Shown: positions 21,115-32,346 of the stretch, in pieces
How positions within the stretch are numbered: position 1 is the first letter of the stretch
Layout: each line of letters starts with the position of its first letter
NCBI RefSeq assembly: GCF_001194135.2
Contig: NC_068985.1
Coordinates: 80,466,352-80,499,318 of the forward strand
Source of the DNA: Octopus bimaculoides
Lineage: Eukaryota
Direction of reading: 5' to 3'
DNA: 32,967 nt
Translations under genes and position numbers: made by a program
Notes under the pieces: model-generated
The model's database searches: none
The model's input: the letters and a program-made list of their open reading frames with translations, nothing else
Told to the model about the DNA's origin: nothing

Positions 21115-21290
21115 CATATATATACGACGAGTTTCTTTCAGTTTCCATCTACCAAATCCACTCAATAGGCTTTGGTCGGCCCGAGGCTATAGTAGACGAC
21201 ACTTGCCCAAGGTGCCACGCAGTGGGACTGAACCTAGAACCATGTGGTTGGGAAGCAAGCTTCTTACCACACAGCCACTCCTGCGCCTAT
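21115..21290 (-). mobile_element. SINE family A, head half
   Basis: TATATACGACGAGTTTCTTTCAG...GGGACTGAACC...ACACAGCCACTCCTGCGCCTAT, near-identical to 5400-5566. Confidence 0.92.
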
Positions 21291-21482
21291 GTAAGCAAAG
21301 ATCTTATTTGTGTACGTTCTCCTGTAAGTTTGGTGATAATTTTTACAATACTCGTGCTAAATATTCTTTGCTCATGAAAACATAAATATGAACTGGTTCT
21401 CACAACGACTAGTTTGTAATGTTTAGTTGGGAGTCTATCAAACCTATTTATGCATGCATGCATGCATACATACATACATACA

Positions 21483-21486
<4 letters not shown>

Positions 21487-21572
<86 letters not shown>
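21487..21572. repeat. (CT)n(CA)n compound microsatellite
   Basis: Perfect adjacent runs. Confidence 0.98.
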
Positions 21573-21574
<2 letters not shown>

Positions 21575-21797
21575 GTTATGATTCGTCCTGTCGTTTTTCT
21601 GGGATTCTTCTATGACATTCCCCACGCGAATGACCTATGTAAAATGTTAGAGAAAGAAACCTAGCCTATTTCTTGCAATACGTACCAATACATACCTCTA
21701 AAGCAAAGACATTTTCAGGGGCCCTTAAAATACTATTGTGGATCCCCAATTTATAATATTGTTGAGTGGACCCCGCTCCAAATCTTATATGGACCCT

Positions 21798-21812
21798 GGT
21801 TGAGAACCCCTG
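21798..21812. mobile_element. Possible single hAT-type TIR remnant
   Basis: GGTTGAGAACCCCTG resembles the right end of hAT/Charlie MITEs. No full partner TIR or TSD found. Confidence 0.35.
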
Positions 21813-23655
21813 TACTACATTGTCGAATGTGTTATTTCTTTTTTAAAATAGTAGAACATGATCAGAGGGGATTTGGATATTATTTCTAGTAGATCGAACA
21901 ACCGCTTTCTCGGTGGCTCGAGGGCAATATTGTGAGACTCGATCAAACATTTTTATCGTACTATGCATTACTAATTTTTTAACTGGTTTATGTCATAAAG
22001 ATTTAGATACTTCCAGAGACGTGAGATAATTTGTTTTTAACGGTTGAACTCGATTTGGGTAAAGCTGCATGGCAGACGTTCTACCATTGGACCAAAGCAA
22101 TCCTTCGAGTGTTTCTGTCTATTTTAGAAGCTTTGTACTAGCGCGAATTATATGTCGTTTACGTTATCCAAAGGATTTTTTAAAACCCAATATTTACAAG
22201 CTATTATTTATAGCTTATCTACTTCGAGTTTCAACGTGAGTTATTTCAAGTTTCTAAATTAATATGACGTAAACTACACACAATTTGGATCAAGAAATTG
22301 GAAGGATTGCTTTAGTTAAATGATAGAATGTCTATCATATTTAAAAGAAGTTGTGTGTGTGTGTCCCACGGGCAACCTTCGACTTTTTCTATCCAAACGG
22401 TGTTTTTTAACAGTAGAAACTTTGTTCTTATCAGTGAGAATTGTATATTCTTTACATCATTCAGAGATTTTTTAATTCAATATTTACACGCTATTATTTA
22501 TAGTTTTATAATAATATGTAGTAAATAAATGTGAGGAAGAAAATTGCTATTAACTGATTGTAATGGCCCTTTTATTTTCATCCTTACAATCTAGTATACA
22601 ACTTCTTCGAGTCTTCGAGTTGTTGTTTCTCAATAACAATATGTCGTTCTGTTACCCAGTCTGTGAGTAGTTAAATTCGTCTTTTGTTGACTGCTAGAAG
22701 ACTGATGGAAGAAGGATAGAGAAAGAGTAAATGAAACTAGACAAGTAGAGAGGGTAAGAGCTGTGTAGTTCCTCGTATAAGGCGCTTCCTCTATCGGCGT
22801 CGAAAGAAAGAAGGAAGAACCGAATTTGGTTCCTGTATTTATATATGTTGAAAAGCTGGATGAAGGTCAGAGAACAATGTAAAGTAATAAGTTTATCTCT
22901 CTCGAACTGTATGTAATTCAAGAATGTAACCCAAGAATGTTAACTTAAGCAACAGAACTAAACTAACTGTGGCAGTTGACTCTCAAAGATTTCTAAGTGC
23001 AAAAGCCGAGAATAGGAAAGGAACTTGTAGAAAAATCTAGGCTAGATTTCGAATTCCAACTCAGAATCTAGGAAGTTGTTCGTTACAACTTTATCTATTT
23101 CGAGTTCCACTGTTGAAAATGAATTATTTTAAACTAGATTTGTATGATTTTAAGTGGATGATAGAAATTCTTAATATATAATAGATCATCATCCAGCTCT
23201 CTGTAAAAAGTAATATTTCCCAATAATTATAACTAAGATTATATCTGAAAAGAGAACATCAAATTTAGCCTTTGAACATTTACTGGTTCAACATATAATT
23301 ATTGTTGTTGTTGTAGTTGTTATTGTTGTTTAACCTCTATATCAGCGTTGACTGAAGATGTGTGATCAAATAGACATTCCAGCCTTTACTACCCAATCTG
23401 TTTCCTGTATCCAAGGTTACATTTTTCAATGTTCTTTTTTGATTTTATTTAAGACGATAAATCGTAATTTGAGAAGCTATTAGCTTCTTTTCCTAACAAG
23501 TCGATCATAGAAGTCGTAATTATAAATAGTAATATATATCTGAAAAACTTAACATTATTGGAAATTTTTCAGTGGCCTTCTACAGACTTACTTAAAACAA
23601 TATAANNNNNNNNNNNNNNNNNNNNNNNNNNNNNNNNNNNNNNNNNNNNNNNNNN

Positions 23656-23692
<37 letters not shown>

Positions 23693-23697
23693 ATATA

Positions 23698-24670
23698 TTC
23701 AGGGTGGATCGATTAAAGTTAGAATGATATGTATGTTGTCGAAGGAAGTTAGAGTCTAGTATTTTAAAGAAGGATTTAGCTAAGTTCTTTACATTAAGTG
23801 AGAATCGGGGTGTGTACCACAGAATAGAGCGTCCGCCACTTTTTTAGGGGGTCTAGGAGTAGTGCTATCTAAATTTTTAGATAGAGTGCTATCTATATTT
23901 TTGGGGAAGGATGCGGGTGGCGAGGCCTGCTATTGTTGGCAGTTTTAGTTCTTTCCGTTTTTGACCTCGTGTTAAATGAATGTGTGTGGGGGTCTAGGTT
24001 GCCTAGGTATAAGACCTTCCAGGGTTCCATTGAGCCTGGTGTTATATATGTATTCTATTTGTTGGGAAAATCCGCTAGCGGCGAGTGATTGATTATAATA
24101 TGATGCATAATTATAGAAAATTTCTTCAGTGGAAGAGAGGTCGGTTGAAATGCCCCTGATTATGTTATTGAAAGTGGATTTGTGGTGGTTGGAGTGGATG
24201 TTAAGGTATTTAAGGTATTGGTTAGGTTTGTGGTAAGGGGAGTATTGGGAGGTTGATAAGTTTAACGTTGCGTCAAGAAAGTTAGCAGTTTTGTGAGTGT
24301 TTTCGAATGTGATAGAAAAGTTTAGGTTAGAGAAGAATTTATGTGGATCTTTTCTAGTTCTTCCTAAGGAGGATTTATTTATGCTTTTAGTAACTAGTAA
24401 AGCGTCGTCCCTGTATGTTAGGGAAGTGTATATGGAGCTGGTGCAGTATATATAGTCCAACCAAGTCGTGACCTGAGCTGAATCAGATGATCTCATGGTT
24501 ATGTCGAATAGGTTGCTATGGTTATTGCTATGGTTATTGGCCAGGCACCAGAGCTGGCCTTCAAAAGAAATAAGGGTTTTGTGGGCATTAAATATTATGT
24601 TAATTTCTAGTGGGGTTATGTTAGTAAAGTTTCTAGCTAGAAGAAGAGCTTGATTGGATTTTACTCATAG
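23698..24670 (-). pseudogene. Penelope-like element reverse transcriptase remnant
   Basis: LFDITMRSSDSAQV, frameshifted DLVGLYILHQL, YRDD (24415-24404), NFLDATLNL..YSPYHKPN..LNIHSNH, LSSTEEIF..YNQSLAASGF, then SILWYTPRFSLNVKNLAKSFFKILDSNF..FNRSTL, truncated at (TA)n and a gap. Confidence 0.93.
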
Positions 24671-24822
24671 GGTATTGGAATCACATATGTATACCATTCT
24701 GCCTAAACAATGGATTTATAAATACAATATCCTGCATATCTCACATCTATTTTCGTTCCTCCAATTCTCTCTCTATTTCCTATCTTATTTAAATTAACTA
24801 TTGCTTAACCATCCTCTCACAC

Positions 24823-24872
24823 CGTCTCCGATGAAGGGATATAATAAATATCCTGGAAACAGCTGTAAGACG
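24823..24872 (+). ncRNA. Minimal type I hammerhead ribozyme motif with a U4C core variant, in an inverted pLTR-like segment
   Basis: Stem I CGUCU/AGACG, core CCGAUGA, stem II GGGAUAU-AAUAA-AUAUCCU, GAAA (24856-24859), palindromic stem III AC-AGCU-GU, GUA triplet (N17=24867). Confidence 0.72.
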
Positions 24873-25799
24873 TTCTATTTATAAATGTTCTAAAATATAC
24901 ACAGCCTTGTTTTTTTTTATCTCATTACGAAAAGTANNNNNNNNNNNNNNNNNNNNNNNNNNNNNNNNNNNNNNNNNNNNNNNNNNNNNNNNNNNNNNNN
25001 NNNNNNNNNNNNNNNNNNNNNNNNNNNNNNNNNNNNNNNNNNNNNNNNNNNNNNNNNNNNNNNNNNNNNNNNNNNNNNNNNNNNNNNNNNNNNNNNNNNN
25101 NNNNNNNNNNNNNNNNNNNNNNNNNNNNNNNNNNNNNNNNNNNNNNNNNNNNNNNNNNNNNNNNNNNNNNNNNNNNNNNNNNNNNNNNNNNNNNNNNNNN
25201 NNNNNNNNNNNNNNNNNNNNNNNNNNNNNNNNNNNNNNNNNNNNNNNNNNNNNNNNNNNNNNNNNNNNNNNNNNNNNNNNNNNNNNNNNNNNNNNNNNNN
25301 NNNNNNNNNNNNNNNNNNNNNNNNNNNNNNNNNNNNNNNNNNNNNNNNNNNNNNNNNNNNNNNNNNNNNNNNNNNNNNNNNNNNNNNNNNNNNNNNNNNN
25401 NNNNNNNNNNNNNNNNNNNNNNNNNNNNNNNNNNNNNNNNNNNNNAAACAAAAAAGTAAAAAAAAGGAAGAAAAGAAAGACAAAAAGAAAATTAAGTTTC
25501 ATCACCTTGGTTATTTTACACCTGCAATCAGTTCTTCACCTTCCTACATACATTAAAATCCCACAAAATTTAAGGTTAGTCAGGCTAAACACCAACGCCA
25601 TAACTTTCTCCCTCTCTGTCTGCTTTTGTCTCCTCTCACTGTCTCTCTATTTCCGCCTCTCTCTCTCCCTGTGTGTGCGTGTGGTGTGTATGTGTGTGGT
25701 GTGTGTGCGTAATGTGTGTGTGTGTGTGATATGCGTGTGTATGATGTGTGTGTGTGTGTGTGTGATGTGTGTGGTGTGTGTGTATTTCGCTGTATGTTG

Positions 25800-26215
25800 T
25801 CATGAAGAAAATACAAGGAATGACTTCTTTACAGGTTCGAATATGCCTTAAGCATCTTTGAACTGGTAACAAGTTTGTATCTTGTACACATCACTGTTCA
25901 GCACTGCCACTCTGTGTTTCGTTGAAGAAAAGTCACTGAATAACGTAACCATTCATTGAACAATGACGGAAATATCATAAGGGGTACCTGTCTCTCGTGC
26001 CAGTTCGTAGCGTCTACCTTTCCTGTCTCTGTTACATGGGCGCTGTAAACTGACTCGACGTGTTTACACTTTCCTGTCAACAGCAAGAAATTTTCTTTAT
26101 GACAAAATACAGTGAATGGCTTTCTTACGAGGTTCAAATATCCCTCAAGCCTATTTAAACTGATAACAAGTTTGTATCAAGACACATCAATGCTTAGTAC
26201 TGTTACCCTGGATTT
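25800..26215 (-). repeat. Diverged direct repeat with a 297-bp period
   Basis: TGGTAACAAGTTTGTATC (25864) versus TGATAACAAGTTTGTATC (26161); AGGTTC at 25833 and 26130. Confidence 0.75.
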
Positions 26216-26345
26216 TTCACAAATGATTGTATATCGCTTCCTTCTTTTCCCAAAGAATATATCTTCAATGCTTTCACTCTCTTCCGATTGTTCTTGAATG
26301 TTGGGAATCAGTCTTATCTAGCAGGTTCGTTGAACTGCATCCACT

Positions 26346-26390
<45 letters not shown>

Positions 26391-26400
26391 AACAAACAAA

Positions 26401-26460
26401 CGGCAGCATGGAGTTCTTCTGCTGCACGACAACGCCCGCCCTCATATCGCCAATATGACC
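26401..26460 (+). pseudogene. mariner transposase fragment (second catalytic Asp motif)
   Basis: RQHGVLLLHDNARPHIANMT, running into a gap. Confidence 0.85.
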
Positions 26461-26844
26461 NNNNNNNNNNNNNNNNNNNNNNNNNNNNNNNNNNNNNNNN
26501 NNNNNNNNNNNNNNNNNNNNNNNNNNNNNNNNNNNNNNNNNNNNNNNNNNNNNNNNNNNNNNNNNNNNNNNNNNNNNNNNNNNNNNNNNNNNNNNNNNNN
26601 NNNNNNNNNNNNNNNNNNNNNNNNNNNNNNNNNNNNNNNNNNNNNNNNNNNNNNNNNNNNNNNNNNNNNNNNNNNNNNNNNNNNNNNNNNNNNNNNNNNN
26701 NNNNNNNNNNNNNNNNNNNNNNNNNNNNNNNNNNNNNNNNNNNNNNNNNNNNNNNNNNNNNNNNNNNNNNNNNNNNNNNNNNNNNNNNNNNNNNNNNNNN
26801 NNNNNNNNNNNNNNNNNNNNNNNNNNNNNNNNNNNNNNNNNNNN

Positions 26845-26900
26845 GTGGGACTGAACCCGGAACCATGTGGTTGGTAAGCAAGCTACTTACAACACAACCG
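26845..26900 (-). mobile_element. SINE family A, head fragment
   Basis: GTGGGACTGAACCCGGAACCATGTGGTTGGTAAGCAAGCTACTTAC at a gap edge. Confidence 0.88.
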
Positions 26901-27584
26901 TATCTTGCTCTTTGTCTCTTTGATCTTTTTCTAATCCTTCAATTCCGCTGCCCCCTACCCCTCTCTCCTCCTTCCACGTGACCGATGTCCAGCTAGCCAT
27001 GATCTTTCTTGGCCTGACTGCCGACCGTCAACACCACTTATGTTCATCTCCTATGTTCCTGCCTTTAGGCGTTCACTTTATACACGCCAGCTCAGTTTGA
27101 TTCGTCCTCAGTTGAAAGACATCTGTTATTATATTCGTGTTGTTTGTATTTGTAACTATGAACCATGTTCTCTGTTTTCTTGTCTTTATTGCCGTACACA
27201 TTTGCTAGCTTTCTTACAAAAAATTTAATGCTCTTAGCTTAGACTTAGCTTAGACTTTTTGAGGGGCAACCAGATCGAACAGTCTCAAATTTAACAGCTC
27301 GAAACTGTAAGGATATCTGGTAACTTGACTAAAGAAAGAAGGCCACAAATGATCGGTCCTTTTTTTCTCTGTCCTTCTAATTGTTGTTTTTCCTGTCCGC
27401 CTTTTGTATCGTCTATCTGTCCGAATGTTTTATTGTCCTCTATTATGTAAATATTTACGTAAATATTTCATTTGAAAAGTTACGTAATATTTGTGAATTT
27501 TTACATTAGTGACTCCTCATCAGACTTACATCAAAATTTGCGCATTTACATTGTGTGACTATCAAGTGTTGTATGCTGCTTATA

Positions 27585-27796
27585 TCCTTTATCTTTTACT
27601 TGTTTCAGTTATTAGACTGCGGCTTTGTTGAGGTACCGCCACGGAGGACTTTTAGTCAAATGTATCTACCCCAGTACTTATCTTTATTGAAAGCCTGGTA
27701 ATTATTCTATCGGACCTTTTTACTGAGCTGCTAAGTTACGGAGACTTAAACACACCAGCACCGGTTGTCAAGTGGGTGGTGGGTTGGAACAGACAT

Positions 27797-27833
<37 letters not shown>

Positions 27834-28452
27834 NNNNNNNNNNNNNNNNNNNNNNNNNNNNNNNNNNNNNNNNNNNNNNNNNNNNNNNNNNNNNNNNNNN
27901 NNNNNNNNNNNNNNNNNNNNNNNNNNNNNNNNNNNNNNNNNNNNNNNNNNNNNNNNNNNNNNNNNNNNNNNNNNNNNNNNNNNNNNNNNNNNNNNNNNNN
28001 NNNNNNNNNNNNNNNNNNNNNNNNNNNNNNNNNNNNNNNNNNNNNNNNNNNNNNNNNNNNNNNNNNNNNNNNNNNNNNNNNNNNNNNNNNNNNNNNNNNN
28101 NNNNNNNNNNNNNNNNNNNNNNNNNNNNNNNNNNNNNNNNNNNNNNNNNNNNNNNNNNNNNNNNNNNNNNNNNNNNNNNNNNNNNNNNNNNNNNNNNNNN
28201 NNNNNNNNNNNNNNNNNNNNNNNNNNNNNNNNNNNNNNNNNNNNNNNNNNNNNNNNNNNNNNNNACACACACACACACACACACACACGCAGAGGTATAC
28301 ATATCTATTCTCCCAGTTTCTGTCTACCAAATCCACTCACATGGCTTTAATCGGCCCGTGGCTATAGTAGAAAACTCTCACTCAAAGTGCCACGCAGTGG
28401 GATTGAACTCTAAACTATTTGGTTGGAAAGCAAGTTTCTTATCACACAGCCA
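27585..28452 (-). mobile_element. SINE family A, full length, with a gap in its central (CA)n
   Basis: Tail 27585-27800, (CA)n flanking gap 27834-28264, head 28300-28452. Confidence 0.88.
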
Positions 28453-29099
28453 TATATTTAAAAGAAAATTTCTTAAAAGCATTTTTGGAAAGGCAGATTA
28501 ACGCAGAACTGATGTGAAGAAGGTTTTCACCTTTTCAGCTTGAAAAGCTCTTACGCATATCCTTCCTTGCAATCTGTGGTAACCTTTTTTGTTCTTTTTT
28601 TCTTAAATATAATTGTATGGCAACCATAGATAGAAGCAATAATCTAGCTGAGTGAGAATAAACTTCTTCCAGAGATCAACACAACCGTTGTTCTCTTGTT
28701 CTAGATATTCTTAGGATCCATCCTGCCAATATTCTGTGTGTTTAGTGTGTTTAGCCAATTACTTAATATCCGGAGGCAAAGTAGTGTTATTACTCATGAT
28801 TTCCAGGTTCGCACCGTTTGTAACTTCGGTCTTGCAGGTTCTTCCAGCTCTGAGGATTAGAGGTTATAGCCTGCTAGAGGTCTGAGAGTGAATGTCCTGA
28901 AACATACTTTCATCAAATTTTCTGTGTGTGTGTCTGTGTGTGTATTTCACTCCTTTTGTATATGGTATTGAGGCTTGTAATATCTTAGGGTACTTTTATT
29001 GCTTTCTATATTTTAGTATCTTGGGTACGTGCGCGCGCGCGTGTGTGCAAGAATATTCTGCACAAGTAGAGTTTGTGTAAAGTCGATGATTCACTCACA

Positions 29100-29285
29100 G
29101 TACATATGTACATATATACGAGCATGCATATGTATGTGTGTATATATATACATAAAAGTATGTATGTATGTGTGTGTGTGTATGTATATATTTTAAAATA
29201 TATATATATGTACATATGTATGTATGAGCACACATGCATACATAGTCTCGGTCTGTCTGTCTGTCTGTCTGTCTGTCTGCCTGCC

Positions 29286-29328
<43 letters not shown>

Positions 29329-29455
29329 ATCTCTCTCTCTCACACAGGCACACGCACACACACACGCACACATGCATACTGGAACATACTCTCACGCTCA
29401 CACACACACACACATACATACTCGAACACACTCTCACACACACACACACACACAC
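29100..29455. repeat. Compound microsatellite (TA/TG, TCTG, CT, CA)
   Basis: Successive simple tracts running into a gap. Confidence 0.95.
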
Positions 29456-30371
29456 NNNNNNNNNNNNNNNNNNNNNNNNNNNNNNNNNNNNNNNNNNNNN
29501 NNNNNNNNNNNNNNNNNNNNNNNNNNNNNNNNNNNNNNNNNNNNNNNNNNNNNNNNNNNNNNNNNNNNNNNNNNNNNNNNNNNNNNNNNNNNNNNNNNNN
29601 NNNNNNNNNNNNNNNNNNNNNNNNNNNNNNNNNNNNNNNNNNNNNNNNNNNNNNNNNNNNNNNNNNNNNNNNNNNNNNNNNNNNNNNNNNNNNNNNNNNN
29701 NNNNNNNNNNNNNNNNNNNNNNNNNNNNNNNNNNNNNNNNNNNNNNNNNNNNNNNNNNNNNNNNNNNNNNNNNNNNNNNNNNNNNNNNNNNNNNNNNNNN
29801 NNNNNNNNNNNNNNNNNNNNNNNNNNNNNNNNNNNNNNNNNNNNNNNNNNNNNNNNNNNNNNNNNNNNNNNNNNNNNNNNNNNNNNNNNNNNNNNNNNNN
29901 NNNNNNNNNNNNNNNNNNNNNNNNNNNNNNNNNNNNNNNNNNNNNNNNNNNNNNNNNNNNNNNNNNNNNNNNNNNNNNNNNNNNNNNNNNNNNNNNNNNN
30001 NNNNNNNNNNNNNNNNNNNNNNNNNNNNNNNNNNNNNNNNNNNNNNNNNNNNNNNNNNNNNNNNNNNNNNNNNNNNNNNNNNNNNNNNNNNNNNNNNNNN
30101 NNNNNNNNNNNNNNNNNNNNNNNNNNNNNNNNNNNNNNNNNNNNNNNNNNNNNNNNNNNNNNNNNNNNNNNNNNNNNNNNNNNNNNNNNATCTGTCTAAT
30201 GGCCATTTCTGAAAAGAGTATCAGTTTTGTTGTTACGTTAAAAAAAAAAAGATAGATATAACGAACTAATGGAGTCATTTTCCAGTTCCAGTGTTGATAG
30301 AGATACATCGACGTTACTGTGTAAATATATATAATGATTCAATTGTTTGTATCTTTATTGTTTATTTTTTG

Positions 30372-30838
30372 TTTAGTTGTTTCAGTCACTGGGCTGCGGG
30401 CTTACTGGGAGCACCACATTGAAGAAGGTTTTAGTCGAAGAACAATTCGGCCGAAGTACTTATGTTTTCCATTCCCCCCCCCTTCTTTTTTGAAGCGTAG
30501 TATTTATTCTATCGGTAATTTATGCTGAACTGCTAAGTTATGGGAACGTAACACCAGTTGTCAAGCAGTGGTAAGAAACAAACACAAACACACACAAACA
30601 CACACACACACATTCACACACACGTACATACATACATACATACATGGTGGTTGTCTACTCCTTACACAAAGTTTGACCACCTCCTGCACCTACACCTTAG
30701 CCCTTTCATGGCGTCTGATGTGGCTTTTTAAACCAGACAATGTTTTGAAAAAACACCCACACAGATTGCATCTCTGATTTTTACTACCAATACCTGCATA
30801 CATACCTACATACATACCTACATACATACATACATACA

Positions 30839-30869
<31 letters not shown>

Positions 30870-31054
30870 GTGCGCGCGTGTATGTGTGTGTGTAACGGGA
30901 TTCTTTCACTTTCTGTCTACCAAATCCACTCGCAAGGCTTGGATCGGACCCGAGACTATAGTAGAAGACACTTGCCCGAGGTGTCACGCAATGCGACTGA
31001 ACTCAAAACCATGTGGTTAGGGAGCAAATTTCTTACCACACAACCACGCCTGCA
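30372..31054 (-). mobile_element. SINE family A, diverged copy with an internal insertion
   Basis: Tail 30372-30590 and head 30895-31054; the centre holds (CA)n, (TACA)n and 150 bp of foreign sequence. Confidence 0.85.
30646..30794 (-). mobile_element. 5'-truncated LINE 3' end with a terminal C2H2 zinc finger (RTE-like, inferred)
   Basis: GIGSKNQRCNLCGCFFKTLSGLKSHIRRHERAKV* (30794-30690), a 44-nt 3' UTR, then an (ATGT)n tail. Confidence 0.65.
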
Positions 31055-31879
31055 TCTTAAATGTGTTATTTCACAAAGGAAAGCAAGACGATTCTTCATA
31101 TCTACAAGGTTAGATGATAGTAGACTAAAAATAAGAGTCATCGTTGTTTGTGCAGCCTGAAGATAGTTGGACTACAGCTGTGATTCCCTACGTGGGGCAT
31201 ACGCCCCACCGGAGCTGGCTTAGGGAAACTTTGGTGGGGCGTGGGAACCAATTTTTTTTTAGTGGGACATGGANNNNNNNNNNNNNNNNNNNNNNNNNNN
31301 NNNNNNNNNNNNNNNNNNNNNNNNNNNNNNNNNNNNNNNNNNNNNNNNNNNNNNNNNNNNNNNNNNNNNNNNNNNNNNNNNNNNNNNNNNNNNNNNNNNN
31401 NNNNNNNNNNNNNNNNNNNNNNNNNNNNNNNNNNNNNNNNNNNNNNNNNNNNNNNNNNNNNNNNNNNNNNNNNNNNNNNNNNNNNNNNNNNNNNNNNNNN
31501 NNNNNNNNNNNNNNNNNNNNNNNNNNNNNNNNNNNNNNNNNNNNNNNNNNNNNNNNNNNNNNNNNNNNNNNNNNNNNNNNNNNNNNNNNNNNNNNNNNNN
31601 NNNNNNNNNNNNNNNNNNNNNNNNNNNNNNNNNNNNNNNNNNNNNNNNNNNNNNNNNNNNNNNNNNNNNNNNNNNNNNNNNNNNNNNNNNNNNNNNNNNN
31701 NNNNNNNNNNNNNNNNNNNNNNNNNNNNNNNNNNNNNNNNNNNNNNNNNNNNNNNNNNNNNNNNNNNNNNNNNNNNNNNNNNNNNNNNNNNNNNNNNNNN
31801 NNNNNNNNNNNNNNNNNNNNNNNNNNNNNNNNNNNNNNNNNNNNNNNNNNNNNNNNNNNNNNNNATAGAATTCGATGAT

Positions 31880-32346
31880 GTCCAGTGTAGTTATGTGAGA
31901 CATTTAGAAGTTTCGTTCTAAATCGTGTTGGCAATCGCCGACTCGTTCCTCCAATATGCAACATACCGCATCGTTAGAGACGTGAACGGAAAAGCTGGGT
32001 CCAGTGTAATTATGTCAGACATCTGGAAGTTTCTCTTTAAATCAGTTTGTCAATCACCTACTTGTTCCTCTTATATGCAACATATCGCACAATTAGAAAC
32101 GTGAACGGAAAAGCTAGGTCCGCGTAGATATGTCAGATATCTAGAAGTTTCTTTCTAAATCGTTTTGCTAATCACCGATTGCTCCTCCAATAGGCAACAT
32201 ACCGTGAACGGAAAAGTTGAACCCAGTGTGGTTATGGCAGATATCTAGAAGTTTCTCTCCAAATCGTTTTGCCAATCGACTGGTTCCTATAATATGCAAC
32301 ATACCGCGTAATTAGAGACGTGAACGGAAAAGCTGGGCCCGTGTAG
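31880..32346. repeat. About four copies of a 119-bp tandem repeat
   Basis: Units start at 31880, 31999, 32118, about 32220 and 32337; conserved GTGAACGGAAAAG and ATGCAACATA. The third unit carries a deletion of about 16 bp. Confidence 0.95.

Noticed and set aside
19957-21168. Host gene: 188-aa minus ORF, 250-codon stop-free plus frame, and an NYRGISL RT-like peptide
   Set aside because: All lie mostly within the putative solo LTR, lack recognisable domains or a suitable start, and the RT-like peptide is not followed by further RT motifs.
22694-22921. 75-aa minus-strand ORF in purine-rich sequence
   Set aside because: No recognisable motif in any frame; left unannotated.
27449-27468. Perfect 20-bp palindrome AAATATTTACGTAAATATTT
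   Set aside because: AT-rich and internally repetitive, with no associated element ends; probably local slippage.
31152-31220. CUGAAGA-UAGU/ACUA-CAGCUGU hammerhead-like motif and GTGGGGC-ATAC-GCCCCAC hairpin
   Set aside because: GAAA and stem I are missing, and the hairpin lacks a properly placed CTRR-T Helitron end.
31880-32346. CRISPR-like array or zinc-finger/ankyrin coding repeat
   Set aside because: Units are homologous along their whole length (no unique spacers), the period is not a codon multiple and the context is eukaryotic.
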